A DNA stretch of 64,000 nt from the human T2T-CHM13v2.0 reference genome, Homo sapiens. How positions within the stretch are numbered: the stretch's first letter is position 1; every line of letters begins with the position of its first letter. Positions 1 through 18,740 of the stretch are shown here, in pieces. Under the pieces are notes generated by a model that had not been told where the DNA came from, did no database searches, and saw only the letters and a list, made by a program, of their open reading frames with translations. The stretch lies in assembly GCF_009914755.1 (NCBI RefSeq), contig NC_060925.1; one strand, given 5' to 3'. Position numbers and translations under genes: made by a program.

Positions 1-791
1 GTAATAATCAGTGCAAGCTGAAGGAGATGCTCAATACATGTCTGACTTTGAAATTGTTTTTATGTGGCATTGGGCTAGCAAACCCTGATGCAGCCTTTTT
101 CTGCTTCTCTTGAAAATATTTGTAAAAATGCAAAAAAGTCATGAATTCATGCAGGCCTTAGGAATTAGGATGGTGTTCAACTAGGAAAACTAGAATTGGT
201 ATTCCCAATTATATGATGAATGCAACTTGTTTGATAACATCATATATGACATAAGAACAAAGTCATGTGTGATCCACTGTGGAAACAGTTTGGACCTCGC
301 CACCTTCTGCTCCCTTGCATAAAAGCACAAGGTTCTTTTAAACCTGAAAACAGCATAGCTATTCCTCTACTTTACTGCTAATGGTTGGGTTTTTTGTTTT
401 CTTTTTGGAAAGCAGCCAGTGAGTTTAAATTCCTAGATCCCCCCACAACCCTGTTCCCAGCCACTCTTTCAGTTCATTCCATTTGAAAACTGCCAGCTCA
501 AGAATCCACCCAAGCAGGAAGTGTGAATTAGGAGGAAGGGTGATGGCTTGCATTCTAAGCATCTGTTAATGGGGCAGATGTAGGAAAGGCCTTAGTAGTT
601 CTGTAAACTTGGGAGGAAGGGTGTAGTTTGCACTACTAGTTCTAGGCTCGGAAAGCCAGGCAGTGCTGATCTACCTCAGTCCAACAAAGCTACAGAAAAT
701 AAAAACTGCTGTACTCTGCCAACTGGCATTTAGCTGTAGATCTGAAGAGACAAATTTAAGTATACAGTGAGTGGGGATAAGAGCAAATCAC

Positions 792-1098
<307 letters not shown>

Positions 1099-1196
1099 TC
1101 ATGTGTACTGTATGCTGGGAAATACTGAACATGTGTACCTGTCTAGTTAGCGTAAATGTTGAAAAATAATGGCCCCTTAGAAAAACCATTACATAC

Positions 1197-1541
<345 letters not shown>

Positions 1542-1632
1542 TTAAAGGAAAGCCCTCTTGAAAATTATTTACTACTGAAACCAAATGAAAATGTTAGAGA
1601 ACTTTGTGGTATATTCAATGGAATATTTTTAA

Positions 1633-1941
1633 TTTTTTTTTAAGAGACAGGATCTTGCTCTTTGTCACTCAGACTGGAATGCAGTGGTGCAGTGGCCTAA
1701 TCAGAACCCACTGTAACCTTGAACTTCTGAGCTCAAGCAGTCCTTCCATCTCAGCCTCCCAAGTAGCTAAGACTACACAGGCACATGTCAGCATGCCCAG
1801 CTAATTTTTAAAATATTTTTTTGTAGAGATGGGGTCTCACTCTGTTGCCAAGGCTGGTCTCAAACTGCTGGCCTCAAGCCGTCTTCCCACTTCAGTCTCC
1901 CAAAGTGTTGAGATTATAGGCATGAAACACTGTTCCCAGCC
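1633..1941 (-). mobile_element. Alu (AluJ-like, diverged)
   Basis: Diverged dimeric Alu in reverse orientation. Confidence 0.88.
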
Positions 1942-3099
1942 AGAAATTTTGTTTCAAGGCATATCTCTATGAAATAGGCCAGAAACTTATTAGGAAAGAA
2001 CAAGTTAAGATGAAAGGACAATGGAATGAGAAAAAGGGGGAAATGGCAAAGACCACAAGACAACTAAAAATGCAATCAAAGAATTAAAACCTACATTGAA
2101 AGCAATAGGGAGTATAATTTTCACTGAAGAAAATAAGATCAAGGCTGTCATAAGACATAACATATGTTTTAAATTTACTCTATAGGAAAAACATTTTGAG
2201 GATAGGAGCAATGGCTTATTTACTTTTTAAAATATCAACAGTTCTTAGGTCAGAAGCTGGCACCAAATAATTGCCTTATGGTCAAACAGTTATTTCAATC
2301 ACTGTTTGCCAAATGAGGAATGAACAGTGACCTGCCCAAAGTCACAAAGCCAAGAAGTGGCAGCGCTTGCCTTTTAGGATGCAAACTCTGGACTTTGCAA
2401 AACGCATGGAGGACTATTAAGAAAGGGAGTTTAAACATGCATTATACATGGTTTCATAGTGAACCATGTTCCTTAAGCTAGTCCTTGGCTCTTCTGTTCT
2501 TCTGACCACCAACCTTGTGGCTTGTCCTCCCACTTTTACCCTAACCATGGTCTTTGGATTTAAACTCTGACCCTGTCTCTTCTCAGTAAGGTACTAGTTT
2601 CCTTCCCACCCTAACTGACTCAGATTTAAAAAAAAATAGCCACTCGTGGTTTGACCTGGTTCTAATGCCTTCCACACTAGGTGCCTACCTTGGTAAGTAG
2701 GAACAGGACATAACCCAGGAATCTCTTCCTTATGCTTGATAGTATCATTTTCTTTTTGTTCTGGTAACAGTTGACTCCTATCATGTGACTAGCTGTTTCA
2801 TTTTTCTTTTGATGATACAATATCAGCCTGAAGCACTGGACTAAAGAGAGGTGGAGGAGGTGGGGGATGAGCAGCCTAATAGCATGGCTGGACTAGGTAC
2901 CCCACTATGTAAACATTTCTCCTTTCCAGTTGATAAATGAAGCACAGAAAGGTGAGGGCTACACATACGATTATTTAAAAGAAGCAGAATCTTAAGTAAT
3001 AACAGTCGGTCTCAAAACAGTAAGCGCTGATGATTTTAGGTTCATTAAAAACAAGACAGACACGCCCCCCCCCACCCAAAGAAAAATGCTTACTTTTAA

Positions 3100-3435
<336 letters not shown>

Positions 3436-4849
3436 GATAGATGAAGATAAATACTCACCATCAGGAATAGTTGCATGTTTTAGGGATTTTTTTGGTGGTT
3501 ATTTTTATTTTAAATGTTTTGTTGAATGGTTTTTACCACTGCAAAGCAGTAAAGAGGGCCCAGGTTTTGAAATCGGACTTATGTTTGAACTTGTCTTGAA
3601 GATATACCAGTGTATGACCTTTGGCGGGTTAACTCTGTGCAGCTGATCTGCTCATGAGGAAGCAGGAGTGGCCCAGGCTTCTTTGCAGGGTCACTGTCAG
3701 CGCCAGACAGTAGGTGTTGGCACGATGGACAGACAGCACAACAATGCCCTTGAATTGGCAGCTCCTGCTTGGTGGCCTTTACTTGCATCTTTACGAGATG
3801 GCCAGTAGGATCCTGTGTGGCTTTTGAACCCTGAGCAGCCAGCCGTGGGCCTCCCACTTTAGCCCCAGAACTGACTGGACTCACCAGCCCAAACAACCAG
3901 CCAGAGAAGCCCACCAGTCCCTTGGTCCTCACAGAAAGCAAGTTTCATACAGCTCTTGAGATTGATCTTCTTTGTTCAAGTCCTTGGCCCTCAGTTTCCT
4001 CATCAATACAACAGGAAACTCAAATGTGGTGTACCTTATGGAATAGCTAGCATTGTAGGAATTTTCAAAGAGTCCTTGCCGTCTGGTATATATGAGCAGT
4101 TTCTATTCACAAAAAATTGGCGTGGCCTTTGTTTTGTGGTGTTTGGGATTTTTAAAAATTATTTTCCTGAAATAACCACTCAACCACTCAACAAAGCAAT
4201 GACCTTGGAGACATATCAGGCCCTGAAAACACACCAAATGCACCCTATTCATCATTGGTTGAAACATGTTTTCTCTGCTTCATGTTAAAAGTACAGAACT
4301 ACCCAGAACAAAAAGTGATTTTCTGCTTCTTTGAAGAGCTGTGACTTCTAACATCAGAGCGTATGCTACTCAAACTGCTGGAGAGGTTGAATGCTGCTCC
4401 AACAACTCTTCAAAGCAAACACAGAGATAGTGTGTATGTGGGAGACCAGGAGAGAGTCAGGGAGGAAGCACTGGGAGATCTTAGCCAGTTTCCAAGGGAC
4501 TGAATCCCAGCTAGCTGTAGGCATCACTAAACAGATCCAGATGTGGAAGGAGTCAGCAACTCAGGGTATCTGCAAGAGCTCAATAGAGAGCAGAGGTTGC
4601 ACCCCTGTGGCTTTTCCGATAGGGAGATGGATGATAGAGCTGGAAGCTCATGAGCTAATTGAAGTAGCTTTCAAATGATGTATTTATAAGCTTTGGAAAC
4701 ACATGGTCTCTTTGATATGAGTTTGTGGATGTTTTTGCTGTTATTTAACACTGATTTATTCAGACTTTTTTTTTACATATTTTTGCTTATGAAAAATCAA
4801 ATCCTATAACAAAGCTTAATATCCTCAGTGTCTTTACCTGGTTTTCTGA

Positions 4850-5030
4850 TTATATATATATAATCACAATACCAAATTGGTGTTTTCCAAATTGGTCACA
4901 AATTTTACTGAATATATATATATGTTTTACTGAAAATACATATTTTTTATTTGTATATTTATATATAAATTTACATATTTATATTTTATTTAAAATATGT
5001 ATTTTACTGAAAAAATATATATATTTTACT
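4850..5030. repeat. AT-rich low-complexity / (TA)n tract with recurring TTTTACTGAA
   Basis: Direct inspection: four TTTTACTGAA units embedded in TA-rich sequence. Confidence 0.75.
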
Positions 5031-6412
5031 GAAGTGACTAATTCGCCAGCTGGTATTGTGATTTTTAATAGGTACCATTTTTCAGGCACCTGATGCACCA
5101 GGCACCATGGTAGATGCTTTCCATGTATCATCAACAACCTTCACAACAACCGTGCAAGACAATGTTGTTGTCCCATTTAAAAGAAGAGAGAAACCGAGGC
5201 TCAAGGAGTTTAAGTAGCTTACTCAGAGGAGAAAAGGGTATAAGTGGAACGGGAACCAGTCAATTCAAACCTGGGTCAATGACATTCTTTGGGGAAAAAG
5301 AAAAATAAAAAACTAGATCTTTGTCATTACTGTTGTTTTCATTGCTTCTGCTTTGTTTTTAATGTGCCTGGCATCTTTCTTTTTCATTTTAATGACTTTT
5401 TAAATTCTATCACAGAATCAGACTTTCCTTTCTTACTGCTCCTTTATCTTTCCTATATACACTAAACAACAAGTAAAACCAGGGAATGGACTATGGGCAG
5501 GAGTGTTTCCCAAGGTCATGTGGCATGATAAAAGACTGAGGGGCGAATCAGGTGGAATCTACTGGGAAGGTCCAAGACATAAACAATGCAAAGGAACTAA
5601 GGCCAGAGGACCAAGGATAGAGTCCATTGTGTATAATCTTGGTGTGCAGACCCAAGACAGGGTTAGACAACAGCAAGTATGGGCCAGAAGAGTTGTACAG
5701 ACCAGCTTCGAGAAACAGTATATGAGCATATCAAAATGGCTTAGACTTAAACCCTCAGAAGCAAGGCAAACAAGGTGTGAAGGGCCTTTGGGTAAACAGC
5801 AAACAAAGTAGTGTTGTGTGGTGTAGAATTCACCAATAGAGTAAGGTCATGAGGGGCAGTGTCCATCCATCATTTTTGCTTGCTATAATAAATTACACAA
5901 ATCTAGTGGCTTAAATTTATTCTCTTACAGTTCTTCAGGTCAGAAATCTAGGTTGGTTCTACTGGTTCCTCCGTAACCAAAGAAAGTGTTCACAAGGCCA
6001 AAATCAAAGGTTTTATTGGAAGGTTCTGGGAAAAATCTGCTTCCACACTCATTCAAGTGGTTGACCTAATTTAGTCCCATGCAGTTGTAGGGCTGAGGTC
6101 CCTGTTTCCATGTTAAAGGTCAGCCAGTGATCCTTCTCAGCTTTCAGAGGCCTCCGGCATTCCTGGGCCCACCACCCCTGCCACCATCTTTTTTTTTTTT
6201 TTTTTTTTTTATACTTTAAGTTTTAGGGTACATGTGCACATTGTGCAGGTTAGTTACATATGTATACATGTGCCATGCTGGTGCGCTGCACCCACTAACT
6301 CGTCATCTAGCATTAGGTATATCTCCCAATGCTATCCCTCCCCCCTCCCCCCACCCCACCACAGTCCCCAGAGTGTGATATTCCCCTTCCTGTGTCCATG
6401 TGATCTCATTGT

Positions 6413-10240
<3,828 letters not shown>

Positions 10241-10303
10241 TATGATGTTAGCTGGTGATTTTGCTCGTTAGTTGATGCAGTTTCTTCCTAGTCTCGATGG
10301 TCT

Positions 10304-11320
10304 TTACATTTTGACATGATTTTGCAGCGGCTGGTACCGGTTGTTCCTTTCCATCTTTAGTGGTTCCTTCAGGAGCTCTTTTAGGGCAGGCCTGGTGGTG
10401 ACAAAATCTCTCAGCATTTGCTTGTCTGTAAAGTATTTTATTTCTCCTTCACTTATGAAGCTTAGTTTGGCTGGATATGAAATTCTGGGTTGAAAATTCT
10501 TTTCTTTAAGAATGTTGAATATTGGCCCCCACTCTCTTCTGGCTTGTAGGGTTTCTGCCGAGAGATCAGCCGTTAGTCTGATGGGCTTCCCTTTGAGGGT
10601 AACCCAACCTTTCTCTCTGGCTGCCCTTAACATTTTTTCCTTCATTTCAACTTTGGTGAATCTGACAATTATGTGTCTTGGAGTTGCTCTTCTCGAGGAG
10701 TATCTTTGTGGCATTCTCTGTATTTCCTGAATCTGAACGTTGGCCTGCCTTGCTAGATTGGGGAAGTTCTCCTGGATAATATCCTGCAGAGTGTTTTGCA
10801 ACTTGGTTCCATTCTCCCCATCACTTTCAGGTACACCAATCAGACGTAGATTTGGTCTTTTCACATAGTCCCATATTTCTTGGAGGCTTTGCTCATTTCT
10901 TTTTATTCTTTTTTCTCTAAACTTCCCTTCTTGCTTCATTTCATTCATTTCATCTTCCATTGCTGATACCCTTTCTTCCAGTTGATCGCATCGGCTCCTG
11001 AGGCTTCTGCATTCTTCACGTAGTTCTCGAGCCTTGGTTTTCAGCTCCATCGGCTCCTTTAAGCACTTCTCTGTATTGGTTATTCTAGTTATACATTCTT
11101 CTAAATTTTTTTCAAAGTTTTCAACTTCTTTGCCTTTGGTTTGAATGTCCTCCCGTAGCTCAGAGTAATTTGATCATCTGAAGCCTTCTTCTCTCAGCTC
11201 GTCAAAGTCATTCTCCATCCAGCTTTGTTCCGTTGCTGGTGAGGAACTGCGTTCCTTTGGAGGAGGAGAGACGCTCTGCGTTTTAGATTTTCCAGTTTTT
11301 CTGTTCTGTTTTTTCCCCAT
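10304..11320 (-). pseudogene. L1 ORF1 (338-codon span) with a single premature stop at codon 49
   Basis: ATG GGG AAA AAA CAG at 11320 is in frame with the stop at 10304. TGA at 11176-11174 (CGA>TGA). The 248-aa ORF 10304..11050 is the remainder. Confidence 0.93.
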
Positions 11321-12224
11321 GTTTGTGGTTTTATCTACTTTTGGTCTTTGATGATGGTGGTGTACAGATGGGTTTTCGGTGTGGATGTCCTTTCTGTTTG
11401 TTAGTTTTCCTTCTAACAGACAGGACCCTCAGCTGCAGGTCTGTTGGAATACCCTGCCGTGTGAGGTGTCAGTGTGCTCCTGCTGGGGGGTGCCTCCCAG
11501 TTAGGCTGCTCGTGGGTCAGGGTTCAGCGACCCACTTGAGGAGGCAGTCTGCGGGTTCTCAGATCTCCAGCTGCGTGCTGGGAGAACCACTGCTCTCTTC
11601 AAAGCTGTCAGACAGGGACATTTAAGTCTGCAGAGGTTACTGCTGTCTTTTTGTTTGTCTGTGCCCTGCCCCCAGAGGTGGAGCCTACAGTGGCAGGCAG
11701 GCCTCCTTGAGCTGTGGTGGACTCCACCCAGTTCGAGCTTTCGGGCTGCTTTGTTTACCTAAGCAAGCCTGGGCAATGGCGGGCGCCCCTCCCCCAGCCT
11801 TGCTGCCGCCTTGCAGTTTGATCTCAGACTGCTGTGCTAGCAATCAGCGAGATTCTGTGGGCGTAGGACCCTCCGAGCCAGGTGTGGGATATAGTCTCGT
11901 GGTTCGCCGTTTTTTAAGCCGGTCTGAAAAGCGCAATATTCGGGTGGGAGTGACCCGATTTTCCAGGTGCGTCCGTCACCCCTTTCTTTGACTCGGAAAG
12001 GGAACTCCCTGACCCCTTGCGCTTCCCAGGTGAGGCAATGCCTCGCCCTGCTTCGGCTTGCGCATGGTGCTTGCACCCACTGGCCTGCGCCCACTGTCTG
12101 GGACTCCCTAGTGAGATGAACCCGGTACCTCAGATGGAAATGCGGAAATCACCCGTCTTCTGCGTTGCTCACGCTGGGAGCTGTAGACTGGAGCTGTTCC
12201 TATTCGGCCATCTTGGCTCCTCCT
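11321..12224. promoter_or_regulatory. L1 5' UTR: CpG-rich bidirectional promoter (sense promoter on -, antisense promoter on + towards the FGGY exons), YY1 site intact
   Basis: CpG-dense segment. YY1 motif CAAGATGGCC (- strand) at 12206-12215. Known L1 5' UTR architecture. Confidence 0.85.
11776..11991 (+). CDS. ORF0: L1 antisense ORF0, intact 71 aa (MAGAPPPALLPPCSLISDCCASNQRDSVGVGPSEPGVGYSLVVRRFLSRSEKRNIRVGVTRFSRCVRHPFL)
   Basis: GCAATGG strong Kozak start at 11776, 216 nt to TGA. Matches the recalled primate L1 ORF0 peptide. Internal donors after nt 106 (CAG|GTGTGG) and nt 191 (CAG|GTGCGT). Expression at this locus cannot be shown from sequence. Confidence 0.85.
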   Translation: MAGAPPPALLPPCSLISDCCASNQRDSVGVGPSEPGVGYSLVVRRFLSRSEKRNIRVGVTRFSRCVRHPFL

Positions 12225-13709
12225 CCTGCCACCATCTTTTAAGCCAGCAATGATGGGTCAAATCTTTCTCATGCTTTGAACCACTCCGATTTCTATTTCT
12301 GCTTCATCTCTCCTGTCTTCCTCTTCTACTGTGTCGCTTGACTGACTCCTCTGCCTTTCTCTTCTGCTTTTAAGAGCTCCTGTGATTACTCTGGATCCAA
12401 CCAGAGAATCCAGGATAATCTCCCTATTTTAACGTCATCTGGCTATTAAATAATTCTATCTGCCCAGTTCCTTTAAAGCAGGGCCTCAGTTAGTGTTTAA
12501 TTGAATAACCAGGGTACAGAATATTGAGGGGACATATTTAGGATTCTGCTTACCACATTGTGGTAGCACAGTCATCTGCATTTCTCAAATGTGGATAGGA
12601 TTTAGGCAATGCCAAGTGTTAGCCTAGATTCCAGACACTTACTGACACCTCTAAATATTTTTGGTAAGATGTGTCCCCCTTTCTCTTCCAAGCGGGTGAT
12701 TATCTCAGACTTGTCCTCCAATGTCCCTTTTCCCTCTAGAGGCTTCCTATAAATCTTTCTCTGATCCTCCTCATTGCCTTGTCCATCAGCTCCACCTTCA
12801 TTATTGACTGAGCAAGCAGAGCATTTCTGCCTCTCCATTGTGTTCTGGAAAGCTTTCAGTGAATTCCCCTGAGCCTTGGATACCCCCATCAAGCTCTGAT
12901 GACCATAGAAAAATCTCAGGACTTGTGAATCCCATTTTCTTGTCTTTTGTAATCTTTTGAGATCCCTTGGGAAACTATTTTTAAGCCTTTTTTTTCTTGC
13001 TAATATGTATAAACACTTCAATTCCTTTAACAACTAGGAAGGAAAAAGTGTAATTGCTAATACATTTATTAATAATCTCAACTATTTTAGAACCTATGAA
13101 CCTATAATTTATAATACCAAGGTTTAGAGCAGTCATTTCCACAATTTATTGTGCATTAGGACTGTGGTGAAATGCAAATTGCTGGACCCACACCAAAGGT
13201 TCAGTAAATCTAGAGTAGGATCCCAGGAAACCTACACTCGACTAGGATCCCAGGAAAGAGTTGAGAGAGGTGCCGTAGTTTAGACAGCTACTAAGTTGCA
13301 AGATTTAAGGTGAAGTCCAGGGTGGACAGTAACCATCTGTCTCTTCTTTTTATAGTGAATGGAAGTGTGTAGGTTGATAAGTACTAAGGCTTCCTCAAGG
13401 AGTTCTTGCAAGAGTCCCCCCACTCTGTGTCCCTGGGCACTCAGGGGCTTCTCCATACTCCTGCATGCCTGTACCTTTAACATTATGGTCCCAGCGCTGA
13501 TGAGCAACTTCTGCCCTGGCTTCCCTACACTGAACAGTCACTAGTCTCCAGTGCCCCTCATTAATATCCTCAGTAGTACCCACAGCATGGTGAAGGAGAT
13601 ACGTTACTCCCATATCCCAGTAAATGAATGGGATTGAGCCTTTCATGCAATTCGAGAGAAAGAGAATGAACACTTATTAAGAGAAACGGAAAGAAAATGA
13701 ATACTTATT

Positions 13710-14101
13710 TTACTTTTGTAAGTTTACTTTACGTTCTGGGATACATGTGAAGAACGTGCAGGTTTGTTAAATAGGTATACATGTGCCATGGTGGTTTGCT
13801 GCACCTATCAACCCGTCATCTAGGTTTTCAGCCCCACATACATTAGGTATTTCTCCTAATGCTCTCCCTCCCCTCCACCCCACCCCACCACAGGCCCCAG
13901 TGTGTGATGTTCCCCTCCCTGTGTCCATGTGTTCTCATTGTTCAACTCCCACTTATGAGTGAGAACATGTGGTGTTTGGTTTTCTGTTCCTGTTAGTTTG
14001 CTGAGGATGATGGTTTCCAGATTCATCCATGTCCCTGCAAAGGACATGATCTCATTCTTTTTTTATGGCTGTGTAGTAGTCCATGGTGTATATGTGCCAC
14101 A
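13710..14101 (-). mobile_element. 5'-truncated L1 3' end (L1PA8-like)
   Basis: L1 3' UTR and ORF2 C-terminus (MSFAGTWMNLETIILSKL) on the minus strand. Confidence 0.85.
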
Positions 14102-15923
14102 TTAAGAAAATGAACATTTAAATGCCACCTCTTTGCACAGTTGGCACCATAAGAGTTACAGGAGTATGTAGCTCTTGTAGACTCAGTACAGCTTACTGAA
14201 AAAAGTAATTCACTTTGCAAATGATACCTCATGTAATCCTCACAAAAATAATTTGAGGTATTATCCCTTTTTTTGTGGATGAAAAAATTGAGCTCATAGA
14301 TGTTACAAAATTCATATAGTGTCATGCAGCTAAATTAGAGAAAATGTCAATATTTAAACCCAGGTGCCTTCCTCTAAAGCTCATTGTTTCAATTGGCATA
14401 CACCGCTAACCTCGAAAATCCCAATATTTACATAAGTGCTTTATATTCATAATCTAGGAGGTTAAAATTAGGCAATGCAGTTATTTGCATTGTTTTGGCC
14501 ATTATATATAGTTTTCATGCACCCTAATATTAATTGTAAGAGCTTTCTCTTATAGTTCTCTTCATTACACAATATCCAAAATAGATAAAATGTGCTTACC
14601 CTTGCAACTCTCACATCGGGCTTCCCTACACATTTGTCTGTCTCGCCCAAACATTCAAAATAGGCACAGGCACATCAATAAACACACTCCTTCTACTCAT
14701 GCTTCCTCTCCACTTCCTCTTGTTGGAACCATTCAGCCTCCAGCTAGGGAATCAGTTCATCTGGCCTATCCTAGCCTTTTCAGCCATTTCAAAGCTGTGC
14801 CTCTCCCAGGACTTCTTTGGCACTCCCAGGGCACTGTCACCACCTCCCTTCGAAGACAGCTCCCCGAGGGTCCTTTGTAGCCTCTCAAGCAGTCTTCATG
14901 GCACTCCTTGCAAAGTTCCGTCATGGGTTGACTGGGCTGAGGTCCCTGGTATTTGAGAGAAAATTAAATGGACTTAACGATCATCTGCATATCAGATGAG
15001 ATGTCAAGGAAACAAGGACCTCAGACCACAGTGTCTTTGCACTTGAGAGATAAATATCTTTCACTAAGTCACATTTCAATACCATGGCTCTAGTGTTAGT
15101 GGTGAGGGAATACTGGAAACGGTTGTATGAGAATTGTGTTTGTGGCTTCCCTTTTGATACTGAATACCTTCTATATTATGATCCATGCAAGAAATCTCTT
15201 CTAGAATTTCTTCCCAGGAATAATTTTGTCTCCCTTCAAGGATAGCTATGTTTTATTTATCAGAAAAAAAGCTATTTCACCCTCATGTGTCCCTTTTTGC
15301 CATAGCTGCTAGCAAGCTCAGGATTTAAATTTAGTGCTCAATTACATTGATTATATCATTCTCAGTTTCTGGGGAAAAAAATTATCCTCCCGTTTCTGCT
15401 CTATGATTTCTGAGCTCTGGAGGCACTGGAAATTTAGAGAAGGGTCCGTGATATCTTTTTGCATGAATACCAATGCTTTTTGGAAATTCTCGTGGATATC
15501 TGCTGGGGATTAAGGAAGTTAAATCCAGCTATGTCACACCCTTTCTTCTCTCTTATGGATTCTTACTAATTGAGAAGGATATCAGAACCCATTACATTAT
15601 CAGTATTATTATACAAAGCACTGGGGTTCCTAATAAATATTGTTAGGGGAATGCATCTTATATACAAAGTCATATTTTACCCCCACTCCCAACAAAAATC
15701 ATCCAAATCTGGTCTTCAGGAGTGGGTCAGCCACACAGAGGATCATGGCTTAATCCTCTTCCCATTGATGACCAGAGAGAGGAAGCCAAAGGGAGGCAGC
15801 CTCCTGGACAGGCTCTAGAACAGTGCACTAAGCCATGGCCCAGCAACTTCCCTAGGAGACCCAATAGCAGAGGTGCTGTTGAGGCCAGGCCAGTACAGGA
15901 GAGACAGAGAAACCGTGTGTGAA

Positions 15924-16107
15924 TGGTGTTCATGACTAGTGATCATTGCCAGGACCACCGCATGCTAGCATGGTGCAGGCAGCTCGCAGAAAGTGTTCAG
16001 CTCAGGGATGTTCAGCTCATGACTGGTGTTCATGACTAGTGATCATTGCCAGGACCACTGCATGCCAGCATGGTGCAGGCAGCTCACAGAAAGTGTTCCA
16101 CTCAGGG
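15924..16107. repeat. Direct tandem duplication, two 84-bp copies with a 100-bp period
   Basis: 15924-16007 vs 16024-16107, 5 mismatches by eye, 16-bp linker. Confidence 0.93.
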
Positions 16108-16519
16108 GGCTATGACCAGGCTGAAATCCTGCTTACTCTGCACCTTTTTATAATTCATACTCCCAGATGGGGTGCCTTTTTCAAACTCAAGACAAAGGCT
16201 CTATATGAGGTACAGGGACCCTTCCTTTTACCCTATTCTCATAAAAGCCACTTCTCTGATGAGAAAGGGTAAGTTTAGGGATGGTGGAGGGCAGGTGGCA
16301 ACATGGAGCAAGTAACTAAAAGTGTTCTTCCAGTGTTCTTTTCTCTTGGGGCATGGTCTCCTCCTCTCTGATTGTGTGAGGAGCTGAGGCAGTAAACTTT
16401 GTCCACCTGTACTTGTAGAATTTAACAAAGAAGGATAGGACATAAGGAGAGAAAGTGGTGTCTAAAAGGTGAAAAGAAGCATTGAATTGTCACTGGTTCA
16501 TAGTTCACAGTGCTGAGTG

Positions 16520-17801
<1,282 letters not shown>

Positions 17802-18665
17802 TCAGCTCCCTTATTTTGATGCAAACCGCATGTCCATACCTGGTTGAGCTCAGGACAACACACACCATAGGAACTGAGTAAATGAATGTTGGTGAATTAA
17901 TTTTATAATGTGATAATCTAAAGTGAACTATGGTGCTGATGCCCACAAAAGTTGGGCTCGGCTTGAAGAACCCAGCAGCCCTCACCCTTTAGAAATGTCC
18001 CAAGAGAACACCTTGATGAGTGGGAGACATGAAAGCAGGACTGTGAGCAAGTCCTGATGGCATACAAATCCGGCATCCTGTTCAGTTCTGGACTCTCTCA
18101 GAGATTGACATACTCCATATAAACATCCGATTCTGATTGACTTTAATGGGATCCCCTTGCAACCCACAGATTCTAAGTTATCCCCTAGTAGGTATAATAT
18201 TTGTAGGAGACATATTATATTACCCTGGATTGGACACTGAATGCTGTTACACTGAAGTCTGACAGTAGCAGAACTCAAAACAAGATCATCTTGTACTAGA
18301 ATGCCACTGTTAGTGTTGATTTCTTGTAAGCCACAGAAAATAGGTATTTGTAAGAAAAGAAAATGTTTTAAAATAAAAAGTATTTAATTATCGTCTAAGA
18401 AATATCAAACATAATCTTCCTGTGGTATTTGTTTTGTTTTTGTTTAAGGTCAGGGTATTTTCTCTTGGGGAGGAAGGGATAGTTTTTCCCAGGTCTGGAG
18501 ATTAAACAACTTAATAGGCATTTCACGTTCCGCTCACAAAAAGGGGATTTGCATATGAACTTGTTTCGGCAAGAAAACACATCTGAACGTATTTCATGGG
18601 AACTATCTTTATCCACGGCAGCTTCTTTTGACCATCTTCTTCTTTTCTTCCCTTCATGCCTGCAG

Positions 18666-18740
18666 GTCACCGGATTGAAACTGTCTCAGGACCTTGATGA
18701 TCTTGCCATTCTCTACCTGGCCACAGTTCAAGCCATTGCT
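18666..18740 (+). CDS. FGGY: FGGY internal coding exon (75 nt, phase 0/0): VTGLKLSQDLDDLAILYLATVQAIA
   Basis: Pyrimidine tract plus CTGCAG| acceptor at 18665 and GCT|GTAAGA donor at 18741. The peptide is recognised as human FGGY C-terminal domain and joins in frame to the next exon. Confidence 0.96.

Noticed and set aside
296-313. CTCF-like motif (GCAGAAGGTGGCG on -)
   Set aside because: Partial match only, expected by chance in 64 kb without ChIP data.
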